Shown: one piece after another, positions 12,481-25,124 of the stretch
How the letters are laid out: every line of letters begins with the position of its first letter
Numbering within the stretch: the stretch's first letter is position 1
Assembly (NCBI RefSeq): GCF_001194135.2
Contig: NC_068986.1
Span: 66,612,452 to 66,676,451 of the forward strand
Length of the DNA stretch: 64,000 nt
Direction of reading: 5' to 3'
DNA from: Octopus bimaculoides
Lineage: Eukaryota
Translations under genes and position numbers: made by a program
The notes under the pieces: model-generated
Databases searched by the model: none
Seen by the model: only the letters and a program-made list of their open reading frames with translations
What the model was told of the DNA's origin: nothing

Positions 12481-12930
12481 TATTATGATTCAAGCTCCTA
12501 ATTCAAGTTCATAATCATGGAATTGAATGGCGACAGAGTCATGGGAATCTGCGAAATCAGCGAAAGAAATGTCAGTCAAAAATAGCTCTTTGAAATAAAG
12601 AAAAAAATTGTATCTGGGAAAATAGCCACACTTGTAGTAATGAAATAGTTAAATGAAATCCCATCGAGGTCGATTTAATCTTTCAATTTTCTTTGAGCAG
12701 ATAGCATACTGAAGTGGATTCATCGACGATAACACCTCTCTCCATATCGTAGGTCTGTCATAAAACAAAATAATTTATTTCACTTTTCACATATACTGCA
12801 AATAGCCACAATAAAATTAATCTCATATACCTGTCACCTAGTCTGTGCTTCTTCATCTCTTGTTAATATTAAGCATTCTCTTACTGATATAGAAAATTTT
12901 GTTGTGCGATATTTTGGAAGTTTCACTCTT

Positions 12931-12931
<1 letters not shown>

Positions 12932-12988
<57 letters not shown>

Positions 12989-13081
12989 NNNNNNNNNNNN
13001 NNNNNNNNNNNNNNNNNNNNNNNNNNNNNNNNNNNNNNNNNNNNNNNNNNNNNNNNNNNNNNNNNNNNNNNNNNNNNNNNN

Positions 13082-13128
<47 letters not shown>
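12932..13128. repeat. (AG)n microsatellite spanning an assembly gap
   Basis: Pure AG runs on both sides of the Ns. Confidence 0.95.
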
Positions 13129-13131
<3 letters not shown>

Positions 13132-13779
13132 TCCGTCATTGCGTAATGTAATCAGCATTCTTTTAATTCTCAAATATTTAAATTAGATGAATTGAAAGAT
13201 GTTCATCGCATTACTCTTAAAATAATTCTGTGATAGCGCAATAATGGTCATATTTTCTGGGCAAAAACCGACCTTTTCGATTATACGTATTAAATTTCTT
13301 CAGTGTTTCAGAAAACACCGATGCTGGAGATGTCATAGACTGTCTGGTCTAACAAATCCTAGACAACATTAAGACATTTCTCCCGACTGTATGGATAGAT
13401 TAACAACGGAATTAAGACTACAATCATTCATCCAATATACTCAAGATGTTCTGTATTCCCAAAGGACATCACAATGTCAAAATAAATCTCGTGATATCTG
13501 GGGAAGTCTTCATTCTTAGCGTATCTGTGCATAGCTATGTAAATACTGACAAGTGCACACAAATCGTCGATGCATCACAGTAACTTTCCCTCTCACTGTA
13601 TGTGTGTGTACTTGTGTGTGTTTGTATCTGTTTGTGTGTGTGTGCCTGTGTGAGTGTCTGACACCAATATGCTTGATGGTGTCAATCACGCGCTACCAAA
13701 TGGGATCCGAATAATTATATTATTAAACCAACTGATCACAATTTAAGTTATAACATATAAATACCAAGAAACAAAGAAA

Positions 13780-14095
13780 ATGAGAAAATAAAAGGAAAGG
13801 AAGAAGAAAAAAATGTGGGTTAAGCAGCAGAAGATGAAGAGGGAGGAGGTAATGATCCATGCAACCCAGAACAAAATGGTGTGCTCAGCCGTGCCCCGCG
13901 ATAATGATCACGATGGCGTTGCCACGGAGACTGGACAACGATACTCCTTGCAGCATCCACTCCACCTCGCGGAGCTCATTTCTCATACGGGCCGCCAATA
14001 TGCTGATTTTGCGGAGGGAATGGGTAGTACGAGGTTCAAGAACATTTGCGGTATCGATGGCCACCGGCACAAGCTGATAGCGGCCTCTAAGAGCC
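13780..14095 (-). mobile_element. CRE-like (RLE-type) non-LTR retrotransposon 3' end
   Basis: YQLVPVAIDTANVLEPRTTHSLRKISILAARMRNELREVEWMLQGVSLSSLRGNA matches the CRE C-terminal pattern Y.FVPVA.ET.G..G...E.RE..WL.QR.S....RGNA; a pyrimidine-rich 3' UTR follows. Confidence 0.7.
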
Positions 14096-14160
14096 CCTGT
14101 ATTATTCTTTTACTAACATAGTTTCTAGTTGGTGACAAACATTACTCTAATACCTCATAT

Positions 14161-14449
14161 TTTTATTCTTTTACTTGCTTCAGTCATTTGACTGTGGCCA
14201 TGCTGGAGCCCCACCTTGAAGGGTTTTAGTCGAACAAATCGACCCCAGGACTTATTTTTTAAAAGCTTAGTACTTATTCTATCGGTATCTTTTGCCGAAT
14301 CGCTAGTTTAAATGGTCTGTAAACACACCAACACCGGTTGTCAAGCGGTGATGGGGGAAAAACACAGACACACACACACACACACACACATATCTGTCTG
14401 TCTGTCTGTCTGTCTGTCTGCCTGTCTGTCTGTCTGTCTGTCTGTCTGC

Positions 14450-14487
<38 letters not shown>

Positions 14488-14671
14488 ATATATATATTAT
14501 ATATATATATTATATATATATACGACGGGCTTCTTTCAGTTTCCGTCTACCAAATCCATCACAAGGCGAGGTTATAGTAGAAGACAAGTGTCCATGGTGC
14601 CACGCAGTGGGACTGAACACTGAACCACGTGGTTGGGAAACAAGCTTCTTACCACACAGCCACGCCTGCGC
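14161..14671 (-). mobile_element. Family B SINE, full length, with internal compound microsatellite
   Basis: Head gcgcaggcgtggctgtgtggtaagaagcttg, B-box-like ggttcagtgttcagtccc, central (TA)(TC)(TCTG)(CA) block, tail tgactgaagcaagtaaaagaataaaa. Confidence 0.9.
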
Positions 14672-14727
14672 TTATGTGAGTGAAACAAATATACATGTGT
14701 GTTTGTTCCTAAGGTTTTTATCAGCAG

Positions 14728-14815
14728 ATCATCATCATCATCATCATCTTCATCATTTATCGCCCGTCTTCCATGCTAGCATGGGTTAGACAGTTTGACA
14801 AGAGCCAGGCAGGTA
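14728..14815 (-). mobile_element. Retroposon 3' tail (RTE-type) ending in (GAT)n
   Basis: Minus strand reads ...ctaacccatgctagcatggaagacgggcgataaatgatgaagatgatgatgatg; short hairpin ccatgctagcatgg before the tail. Confidence 0.5.
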
Positions 14816-15470
14816 GAAGACTACACCAGGCTACTGTGTCTGTTGTGCAGATATATTGGTAAAAAAAAACATGGTTGAAACAATTTTGAAGATTAGGACT
14901 AGATGCTGACAGTTTGTCACTGCTACTGTATATACCCATATATGCCCATGGATAGTGCGCTAAAGACTTAAACGGCCATGTCGAACGCCTGGTTATATGA
15001 CGAAATTGATATTGAGTGATTCTGTACTTCCGTTAGCTTTCGGTGTCGAGTTCATCTCTTTCTTTGAGAAACGGTTAGAGCAGGATGGTCTCCACGAAAC
15101 TGAAATCCACAAAATCCACTATATACCGTGAAGATGAAATGTTAGTGATGCCATTGTATCAAGATGTGATTGTGGAACTCCTTAAGTATTGCAATATATT
15201 TTATTGACTTCGAAAGCAGTCAATACTAAGTTGACATTAAGCAGCATTTGGATTCAAAACCACAAAACATTGGACTGTAATCTCCGTCATGCGGTAAATT
15301 TTCCAGTTGAGGGCCTACGAGTTTTGTAGTATAGATTTCTTGAGTGTTGCATGAATCTACATTAGAAAACGATGTCTTGCATTTAGCAAAAGAAATCACA
15401 TTAAAAAAGTTTCTGTCAGCTAAATCGGTTTTACATGGCGGTTGAGGTTTTGAAATATAAGTGAATAAAA

Positions 15471-15522
15471 GATTTGTGACCAGAAATAGTACATTTTAAT
15501 TTGCTATTTCTGGTCACAAATC
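15471..15522. repeat. Perfect 19-bp inverted repeat with 14-nt spacer
   Basis: gatttgtgaccagaaatag (15471-15489) is the exact reverse complement of ctatttctggtcacaaatc (15504-15522). Confidence 0.95.
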
Positions 15523-16210
15523 GTTTCAGTTTGGTTGCAATATCCATTTAAACCAAAAGTCTTTTGTCAATAATACATCAATAATACTTATTCTTCCTTC
15601 CTGATAAGATTTGTAGTTTTGTCTATAACACATAAAAATTATTTATATTATATCTATATATATATGATGATTTATTTTATAATACAATACTTTGAGACCT
15701 TAGTTGTATATCTGCATGTTTATTTTTAACAACTAGTTAGAATAACTCACTGATAAGAACATTTTTATAGCATATGCAATAATCTTATGAATTTTTCACG
15801 CTTAACTCAAGTTAGCCAACATTTTGTCAACCGAATCTGTTACTAATTAGGATGGAGAATTATATAAATAGAAAAACCAAAAACAAAGTAGTAAAACAAT
15901 AAACCATGTTTTACGTTCTTCGTGTCATACATCCGTTTCACACTAACATGTTAGCTTGCGACTAGATGTGCATCTAAGATAAAAAAGTGAAAGTATAATA
16001 CTTGCTACTAATTTATTCTCGGTTCTGAGGGTTGACTATATTTTTAATATTTACTATATAAATGTATATACTTACACATAGAAGATAGAACAGCGTGATG
16101 TCACATCATCAAGATCAGAAAAAAAAAACAATTTGATGAACAATACACTATAGTATGTATGTGTGTATGTATATGTGCATATACATACATGCACACACAC
16201 ACACACACAC

Positions 16211-16256
<46 letters not shown>

Positions 16257-16577
16257 NNNNNNNNNNNNNNATATATATATATATATAATTAATAATATCA
16301 GGGTAATAAAAATTTTAGAAATTTTTACTACCAGTGTCCTAGTGTGTAGAAAAATTAGTCAATAGACTATATATTATTTATATAAATACAGTGTACATTT
16401 AAACACATAAGAGGTATCCGTCATAGGATTCCCGGCATGCTAGAAGGAACAGCCAAAATCCAAACGACTATTAGGGATAAACCTTGAAAAGAATGAAAAA
16501 TAAAAACATTTACCATCTATCTCCTGGACCATAGCTTCTGACTTTCATTAGCAAATAAAATAATTTGCTAGGCGAAG

Positions 16578-16957
16578 TCTTCATCAACAGAAGAATGTAA
16601 TGATCGAGAAGGTGAATGACAATGACCTTTTGTGTGTACAGTCTGTGACAGACCATGCCTGTCTTTTGTTAGCTTCAACTCTCATGTGCCAACGCATGGA
16701 AAACAAACCTCCACCAACTATTCTGCCTATATGTCTGTGCATACCTTTGAATGCAGTGTATGCCAGAAGATTTGCAAATCCAACGGAGGCCTCAAAAGAC
16801 ATGTTAAGATCCACGAGAGCAGAACTTATCTGCGGGTATTGGTGGTCCAAATCAGAGGTGCAATCTTCGTGGGTATCTTTTCAGAACATTCTCTGGTTTA
16901 AAAAGTCATATCAGACGCCATGGTGGTGCTAAGGTGTAGGTACAGGAGGTGGTCAAA
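16578..16957 (+). mobile_element. RTE-like LINE 3' end encoding three C2H2 zinc fingers (5'-truncated copy 1)
   Basis: CTVCDRPCLSFVSFNSHVPTH and CSVCQKICKSNGGLKRHVKIH (CX2CX12HX3H), plus frameshifted CNLRGYLFRTFSGLKSHIRRH; homologous to 35774-36440. Confidence 0.75.
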
Positions 16958-17500
16958 CNNNNNNNNNNNNNNNNNNNNNNNNNNNNNNNNNNNNNNNNNN
17001 NNNNNNNNNNNNNNNNNNNNNNNNNNNNNNNNNNNNNNNNNNNNNNNNNNNNNNNNNNNNNNNNNNNNNNNNNNNNNNNNNNNNNNNNNNNNNNNNNNNN
17101 NNNNNNNNNNNNNNNNNNNNNNNNNNNNNNNNNNNNNNNNNNNNNNNNNNNNNNNNNNNNNNNNNNNNNNNNNNNNNNNNNNNNNNNNNNNNNNNNNNNN
17201 NNNNNNNNNNNNNNNNNNNNNNNNNNNNNNNNNNNNNNNNNNNNNNNNNNNNNNNNNNNNNNNNNNNNNNNNNNNNNNNNNNNNNNNNNNNNNNNNNNNN
17301 NNNNNNNNNNNNNNNNNNNNNNNNNNNNNNNNNNNNNNNNNNNNNNNNNNNNNNNNNNNNNNNNNNNNNNNNNNNNNNNNNNNNNNNNNNNNNNNNNNNN
17401 NNNNNNNNNNNNNNNNNNNNNNNNNNNNNNNNNNNNNNNNNNNNNNNNNNNNNNNNNNNNNNNNNNNNNNNNNNNNNNNNNNNNNNNNNNNNNNNNNNNN

Positions 17501-17562
<62 letters not shown>

Positions 17563-17649
17563 ACACACACACACACACACATACACACACACATATATAT
17601 ATACACATACACATATATAGTCAGCAGTATCAGCACCAAGCAGTGTTTA

Positions 17650-18172
17650 GGCATAAGTGAAATTTAGGTTAGTTAAAATATTTTTAATTTACTTCAACTT
17701 CTAAAGGCAAATTCATTGCAGTCACCGCGGAGATAAAATTCTCTCTCATGGTAAAAGGTGTAAAAGCAACTGCTTTTTCAGTCTTGTTTTCTATGCGGTT
17801 CCCAGACGCAGTGTTTCTGTCTCTTTAGTCTTTCTCAATGAGAAATATCGAAGCGAGGTAACTCGGAACAGATTTAAAGCCGCAGTTTTAACTAAAACAC
17901 AGCTAACAACATTGACTGAATTGTGCTATCGGACCACCCGGTTGGTATAAGTTCAGCAATATTAACGCCAAGCAGTCATTAAGCATAAGCGAATTTTAGG
18001 TTTGTCAAAATATATTTGTGACATATTTCACCTTTTAAAGCCAAGTTCGCTGCGGTTACCGCGGAGAAAAAAATGATCTCTTATGTTATAAAATGTAGTG
18101 AATTCGCCTTTAGAAGTTGAATATACCAGAAACTAACCTAACTTTAGGCATAACGTAAAGTTCGCTTATGTC
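17650..18172. mobile_element. Foldback/MITE-like non-autonomous DNA element with long imperfect terminal inverted repeats
   Basis: cataagtgaaatttaggttagtt...ttcaacttctaaaggcaaattca (17652-17717) versus the reverse complement of tgaattcgcctttagaagttgaa...aactaaccta...aagttcgcttatg (18099-18171); internal direct repeats accgcggaga. Confidence 0.7.
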
Positions 18173-18399
18173 CAATCACAACTTGATGATTTTCCAGTCA
18201 CAAGATTATTACATGAAATGTACTTACCATAATCGGGAATCTTTAAAATAAAATATTTTCATTCATTTTCATATTTCTCAATGGCAAAATTATACACGTT
18301 ACCGCATGTGGACTCAAGGAAAATGCCGAGTATGTTTCACGATATAAAAATAGCAACAAAAGGCGATTGGATATTTTGAATGAAATTCTCATATATAGG

Positions 18400-18850
18400 C
18401 GCAGGTATAGTTGTGGGGAAAGAAGTTTGCTTCCCAAACATATGGGTTTGGGTCCCCATTTTACGACACCAAGAGCAAGTGTCTTCTACTATAGCCCCGG
18501 GCAGTCCAAGGCTTCGTAAGTCTATTTGGTAGACGAAAACTGAGAAAGTCCATCGTACGAGGTTGAGTTAGAGAGTAATACAATTTTTATTTGCATTACA
18601 TTCTGACTGACCTTTGTCTATATATCTACATGTGTGCACGTTTGTGTGTGTACCCCATCACCGCGTAACAACCGGTGTTGGTTTCTTATGCTCCCGTAAC
18701 AGCCAGTATTGGTTTACTTATGCTTCCGTAACTTAATGGTTCGATAAAAAATACCGATGGAATAAGTACGGGGTTCGATTTCGACTAAACCCTACAAGGC
18801 GGTGACCCAGCATGGCCGCAGTCCAGTGACTAAAATAAGTAAAAGATAAA
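18400..18850 (+). mobile_element. Family B SINE, near full length
   Basis: ataggcgcaggtatagttgtggggaaagaagtttgcttcccaa head to gcagtccagtgactaaaataagtaaaaga tail. Confidence 0.85.
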
Positions 18851-18879
18851 AGATGTAAATGAATCAAGACAGAAAGAAA

Positions 18880-19520
18880 TTAATGAAACAACACGTTGCA
18901 CTAACCAGTAAACAGAGTTTATAGTTTCGCATAAAGTTACTGTTCATTATAAGACATGGAGGACGAAGTATAACACTACAAATTAAAAATGGAATAAATT
19001 CAGCAAATTGCTTGCAATTGTGATTTCCTGCAAATCTCGTTGCAATGCATCTCGACAAAAAAAGAATGAAATTTTCTGTAAAATTATCTAAACCAAGAAG
19101 CAAACAATATGAAGCGTCAATAATTTTATGCAAATATGTGCTTGCAATTACAAATTAGATGATTATTCACTGACAATGTTTCTTGATTTGTCGAATTTAA
19201 AAGAACAGCAGCAGAAACTATTTTTAACGTGTTACGAGGAATGTTAAATAATGCAGGTTTGACGCAGAATATTTTAAGAAGAATTTGATTGCATTTTGTT
19301 GTAAAGGATCAAGTAACATGCTTAGATGAAAATCTGGTATTTATCAATTTCTATTTGTTGCAATTTAGCTGTTATTATTTGTTATAATTTAGCATTGATT
19401 GAGTTACCGATTACAACTCGTTAAAGATGGTGCTAGAAATGAAATAAGTATTTTCAAGATTTGTTTTATTAAAATTAATGCAGTCTTCTAGTAGTCTAAT
19501 AAAAGTTAGCTACAATTTAA
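18880..19520 (+). mobile_element. hAT-superfamily transposase fragment (KIAA1586/ZNF862-like), heavily decayed
   Basis: Pieced frames give TMFLDL..L..AAETIF..L...G....L...LIAFC..GSS.ML..KSG, matching the DUF4371/hAT catalytic region (FLDLVEL...AE.I...NLIAF.SDGAS.MLG.KSGV). Many stops. Confidence 0.55.
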
Positions 19521-19539
19521 AACGTTGCTGAAAAGTTGT

Positions 19540-19890
19540 TTTACTTGTCTCAGTCATTGGACTGTAGCCACGTTGGGCCGCCCCCTTCAAAGGTTTAGTC
19601 GAACAAATCGACCTCAGTATCTATTATTAACTGTAGTACTTGTTCTATCAGGGACGTAAAAAACCGACATCAGTCTTGGTGGGGACAAACGCAAACAACC
19701 CAAAGGTACACACACACACACACACTTACATACAGATATACATACACAGTTTCTGCCAACCAAATTCATTCACAAGGCATTGGCTAAATTGCGGCTGTAG
19801 TAGAAGACACTTGGCCATAATGCCATGTAGTGTCACTGAACCTGAAACCTCATGGTTGCAAAGCGTGCATCTTGGCCACACAGTCCTGTC
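19540..19890 (-). mobile_element. Family B SINE, decayed
   Basis: ttttacttgtctcagtcattggactgtagcc tail and cacaaggc..gtagtagaagacactt..gaacctgaaacc.catggttgc head. Confidence 0.8.
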
Positions 19891-21914
19891 TACGCTTATG
19901 ATCAAAGCATTAAAAATAAATCTTAAATCAATTGAAGCAACTCTTTAAACGTTTTCCCTCGTCAACCATAAGTTTTCTAGTATGGATATAGAAGAATAAA
20001 ATAAAATATTACTGACTTCGGTCTAATTTCTCGGAACATTGAAAGTGCGAAACTTTCTTGGAAACTTGGAGAAGAATGAAATAAAATCTTAAAATTTGGA
20101 ATTGTTTTAATTGATTTTAATGACTAGGTAGATAATACCATCCCTGTTGCAGGAAAAACAAGAAAATTGCAGCAAAGCTGCGTGATTGGGATGTTAAACG
20201 TGGCATGACATCGCAATTTTATTCTTCTCTTCCGTTTTATTTTGATATGTGCATTGCATTTTTATTCTCTTCCGTTTTACCAATTCAGTGTGCACACGCA
20301 CATTGCGGGTTCATACTTCTCTTTCCGATTTCTACACAAAACTGTTTACAACTGACAACCATCTCACGAACCTGTGGTCAAGAGGAGTGCTCCGCGCTCC
20401 GATGGTTGTGAAATAAGGCAAGCAAAACAAATAATAATCACAACTCCTAAAGGTTTTACAAAAGCAGAGTGAGGTTTACTTTTGATGAATATTAATATAT
20501 AGCAATGAAAAAAAAAAAAAAGCTTTGCCACGAAACATATAATGCCTAATGACTACCGATAAGTGAACATATGCTAAAAAATTAATTTGACATATGTTAA
20601 TGATCTTCATTAGATACCTTATTACGAATAACTGGAAAAATTCAGGAAGCTATTTGCAAATTGTTACCGTAATAAGTAATAATGGTTTCCATTTTTGGAA
20701 CATGCCCGGCAGTTTTTGAGAGTGGGGAGGAAGTCGAATACATTGACTACAGAGAAAATGGCCTTTTTGCAGGTCAAATATGCAGCAGACATATTTGAAC
20801 TGATCTAACAGTTTGTTTATTACCAAAAACACTACTGAAACCACAAATGCTATGACTATTACTGCTAGAGGCATTACAAAGGCCGGAATGTATTTGATTA
20901 CCAGTTTGCTCGTTGTTGGTAGTTGCTGGGATTCATAGCATCAGATACACACTCAGGGAAAGGAAGAGAAAAAAGAGTGAAGCTGAATGATTACGAAACT
21001 ATGAAAACTTATAATAGAGTTAAAACAACCACAACGATAAGCGCAATAAACAGGTAAAAAAGGAAAGAAACATATAGGAAGGCAGTAACAAAGAAAATGG
21101 ATGACACACAAACACACATACACACACACACACACACATAATTACATACACTGCACACACATATATATGTGCATACATGCATACATAAACACATACATTC
21201 ATACATACGCACTTACTTATATGCATACANNNNNNNNNNNNNNNNNNNNNNNNNNNNNNNNNNNNNNNNNNNNNNNNNNNNNNNNNNNNNNNNNNNNNNN
21301 NNNNNNNNNNNNNNNNNNNNNNNNNNNNNTTCGGCTCCATGCAACTTAAAGTTTCATGGACCCATTAAACGAACAGAGCCCGTCAGACTTAGGTAACCGA
21401 ATGGAACAAGTAAAAGATGGCAACTGGCAATTGGGCTGCTAATACTGATGGCTGGCCATATGATGTTATTGGTAGAGATTGATATACTAGACATATCTAT
21501 GTCTAGGACTACGTGCTTGGACAGGATGTTGACGCCTCTCTGTCTAGGAGATAGAGAGTGAGAATTGTATCTGGTGCCTACGTGAGTGCTTCTGCTATGT
21601 GCGTGCGTGTGTGTAGTAATGAAGAGATGGAGTGTCACTTAGTCTTTCATTTCCCATCGGCTTAAAAAGAAGTAAAGTTATTTGTATTACAATTCATATT
21701 ATTGGTGTTTTTGACCTTTTTAAATGTTTTATTACATATTTTTATCTGAAAACTATCAACGTACTCTGGATACTACTGGAGAGAACTATAATTTCATCGA
21801 TGATAATGAAGAAGCTGAAGAATACATACATATATACATACACACATACACACACACACGCACGCACATACATGCATACATACATACATGCATACACACA
21901 CACGAATACATACA

Positions 21915-21948
<34 letters not shown>

Positions 21949-22102
21949 GAAACATATGCACAGACAGACATTTCATTGGTTGACACATATACGTACATAT
22001 ATGCACATTTTTTAATTATATTTTTTAAAAATATTTCTCATAAACCTTTAAAATTATTAATCACGACCTTATCTATAAAATGCGAACTGGGACACCTACG
22101 CT

Positions 22103-22143
<41 letters not shown>

Positions 22144-22355
22144 AAACACACACACACACATACACACACACACACACACACGGTCACTCACACATACGCA
22201 CATATATACGTAAATGTGTATATTATATATATATATATATATATATGCACATATATATATGGGTGTGTGATTGTGTGGATACATATATATGTATGTATAT
22301 ATATAAATGAGTATACATACAAATATATATGTATACATATATATACATATATATA

Positions 22356-22400
<45 letters not shown>

Positions 22401-22919
22401 GCCCGTACATTGATGCATATATCACTTTCCTCGTTAACATCGATCATCTATTCGAATACACACAAACTCACACACACGCATACATACACGCACATACACA
22501 CACACGTACACACACAGAAACACGTATATTTACCATCCCACCCTCACACATAAGCAGAAGATCATTGAGCATTATTGTACAGGAAGTAATTTGCAGGAAT
22601 TCTATGAAGACATTTATTTACAGGTCAATACTATTCCTGACAATGCAGTCTTTTTTTTTTCCAATTTCTTTTGTTTGGAAACGGTAAGTAGGTGAAATGT
22701 TGGGTGGAAAGTGAAGAAATTAGGAAGAGAAAAGAAAATAGCTATAAAAGTCAAATATAAAATCTAGTAAAGAATTTGTAAAGAAGAGAAGAGCCAACGA
22801 AGCAGGATTTGCGGAGCATTAGCAGCGTCGCAGTAGTTCTTGATGTCCGAGAGCTTATGGTTCGTGTTTCGAGTCCACTAATTTTCTCCCACTTTCTGGA
22901 ATAATTAATTTTTCAAAAA

Positions 22920-23087
22920 TTCTTTTCTTACTGGTCATGTGGGTAAATAGTTTGCTTCGTAATCACGTAGTTTCAAATTCGCTCCTGCTGTACGATATTC
23001 TGGGCTTCTACCTTCTGTCATATCTTCAGTTACACCCACTCACTGTGAATTAAATTTGCTAACACGGAAACTGTGTGAAAGCCTGTC

Positions 23088-23129
<42 letters not shown>

Positions 23130-23505
23130 NNNNNNNNNNNNNNNNNNNNNNNNNNNNNNNNNNNNNNNNNNNNNNNNNNNNNNNNNNNNNNNNNNNNNNN
23201 NNNNNNNNNNNNNNNNNNNNNNNNNNNNNNNNNNNNNNNNNNNNNNNNNNNNNNNNNNNNNNNNNNNNNNNNNNNNNNNNNNNNNNNNNNNNTATATATA
23301 TGATACACACACACACACACACTCATATATATATCATATGTACCACACAGCCATGCATGCGTCCATAGCCACGCTGGTGACTATAGCTTTAAAGATAAGT
23401 AAGTACCGGGGTGAATTTGTTTGATCAAAATCCCTCAAAGTGTTGTTCCAGCATGCGCGCAGTCCAATGATTGAAGCAAGTAAAAGGCAAAAGATAAAAG
23501 ATAAG
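22920..23505. mobile_element. Cluster of family B SINE fragments around a (TA)n-gap
   Basis: Head-like ggtaaatagtttgcttc (22942), gaaactgtgtgaaagcctgtcgta before the (TA)n, and tail gcagtccaatgattgaagcaagtaaaag (23459). Confidence 0.65.
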
Positions 23506-23864
23506 TAATCTGGTAGATCATTTCTCGTAGACACTGATATATTTAGACTATGAGTCCTCAGATTGGTTGCTACAATCATGCCGTTTCGGCTATTGTTCCT
23601 TCGATCTTCACTTGCCTATAGAATTCAGTAACTTTCTCGGAATTTCAGAAATACCTCTTTATTACTTGCACGAGGATAGATTGTTCTCATTCTGAAATTA
23701 GGTCATCAGCTTTAATGCTAAATTCTTGTATATATATATATATTTCATACAGAAGCCATCCTAGGGAAATTCATTCAAGTCACCATGTTAAGTTGCCTAT
23801 TCTGAATATTTAAATTTCACTAAAAAATTTATATTTATTCTCAAACATTCTGGTTTGGTAAATA

Positions 23865-24095
23865 TTCTTTTTTACTCTAGGCACAAGGCACAAGGCCCGA
23901 AATTTTTTTCTTGAGGGGCGGGGGCAGTCGATTAGATCGCCCTCAGTACGCAACTGGTACTTAAATTTATCGACCCCGAAAGGATGAAAGGCAAAGTCGA
24001 CCACTGCGAAATTTGAACACAGAACATAAAGGCAGATGAAATACCGCTAAACATTTCGCCCGGCGTGCTAACGTTTCTGCCAGCTCGCCTCCTTT
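23865..24095 (-). mobile_element. Family A SINE, full length
   Basis: Close reverse-complement match to the consensus, ending gccagctcgcctcctt. Confidence 0.9.
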
Positions 24096-24462
24096 GAGAT
24101 TTGGTAAATATTAGTCACTGAAGAGACTTAATAAGAGCGAAACATTCCAGGAATTACTTCACTACCAAAGATCAGACTTACTCTCCATTGCATGCCTCAA
24201 CATTTAAAATTTACTTGGGTTTCAAAGTTAGCCGCCCTCAGTAAGATTTAATTACTAAAGCTAATTATTTTTCTGCTCCTTACCTGTGTAATATTAATGC
24301 ATTTTTCACTCAAAAGGCACCGGTCGGCTCGACAACACTTGCCCAAGCTGACGCGCAATGGGACTGAACTCTAAACCACATAACTATTAAGTGAACTTCT
24401 TAACCACACAGGCATGCCTGCGCCTATAAAGGTATCATCTATCAGCCACACAGACACGCACA

Positions 24463-24505
<43 letters not shown>

Positions 24506-24534
24506 ATGTATGTATATATGTGTATCTGTATATA

Positions 24535-24592
<58 letters not shown>

Positions 24593-24957
24593 GTATTTTC
24601 TTCAATTGTGAGACCACTCCTACTTTCGTCTCTTCCGAGATGTATTCTTTTGATGTCAGCCTGCAGATACATGCTTACTATAAGATTCTAGATAGTTCTT
24701 TAGTATTTCGTAAGATAAATTTCTTTCAATATCATATTAGAGCAGCAGACAGCTGCAATTGCAGAAACATTTGATGCACTTAGTATTAAGTTGATTGCCC
24801 CTCTTTCATTCTGTGTATTTATACGACTGATCTGGAATGATTCCTTCTGGACACTCTGCCATTTTTTTGATCTTTATTGTGTTACTTTGAAATACATCGA
24901 GCTATTTATAGCATTTCTTCATGATTTAAAGATCCTATCGTCTGTCATGGCTGGGAC

Positions 24958-24958
<1 letters not shown>

Positions 24959-25030
<72 letters not shown>

Positions 25031-25039
25031 TACTATTAC

Positions 25040-25109
<70 letters not shown>

Positions 25110-25122
25110 GTTATTATTATTA
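24959..25122. repeat. (TTA)n microsatellite, left edge of a LINE/SINE insertion cluster
   Basis: More than 50 TTA units with rare CTA/TTG variants. Confidence 0.98.
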
Positions 25123-25124
25123 AA

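Noticed and set aside
15050-15400. Possible MULE/FAR1-type N-terminal fragment (CGFES...EFHNH, minus strand)
   Set aside because: Only a few residues match and the frames are broken; too weak to list as a feature.
16632-16901. Host C2H2 zinc-finger gene
   Set aside because: No TGEKP linkers; two dispersed copies end at the same retroposon tail and one joins RTE-like sequence upstream.
22624-22683. 60-nt candidate exon (cag|...acg|gtaagt)
   Set aside because: Weak acceptor, internal T10 run, unrecognisable peptide.
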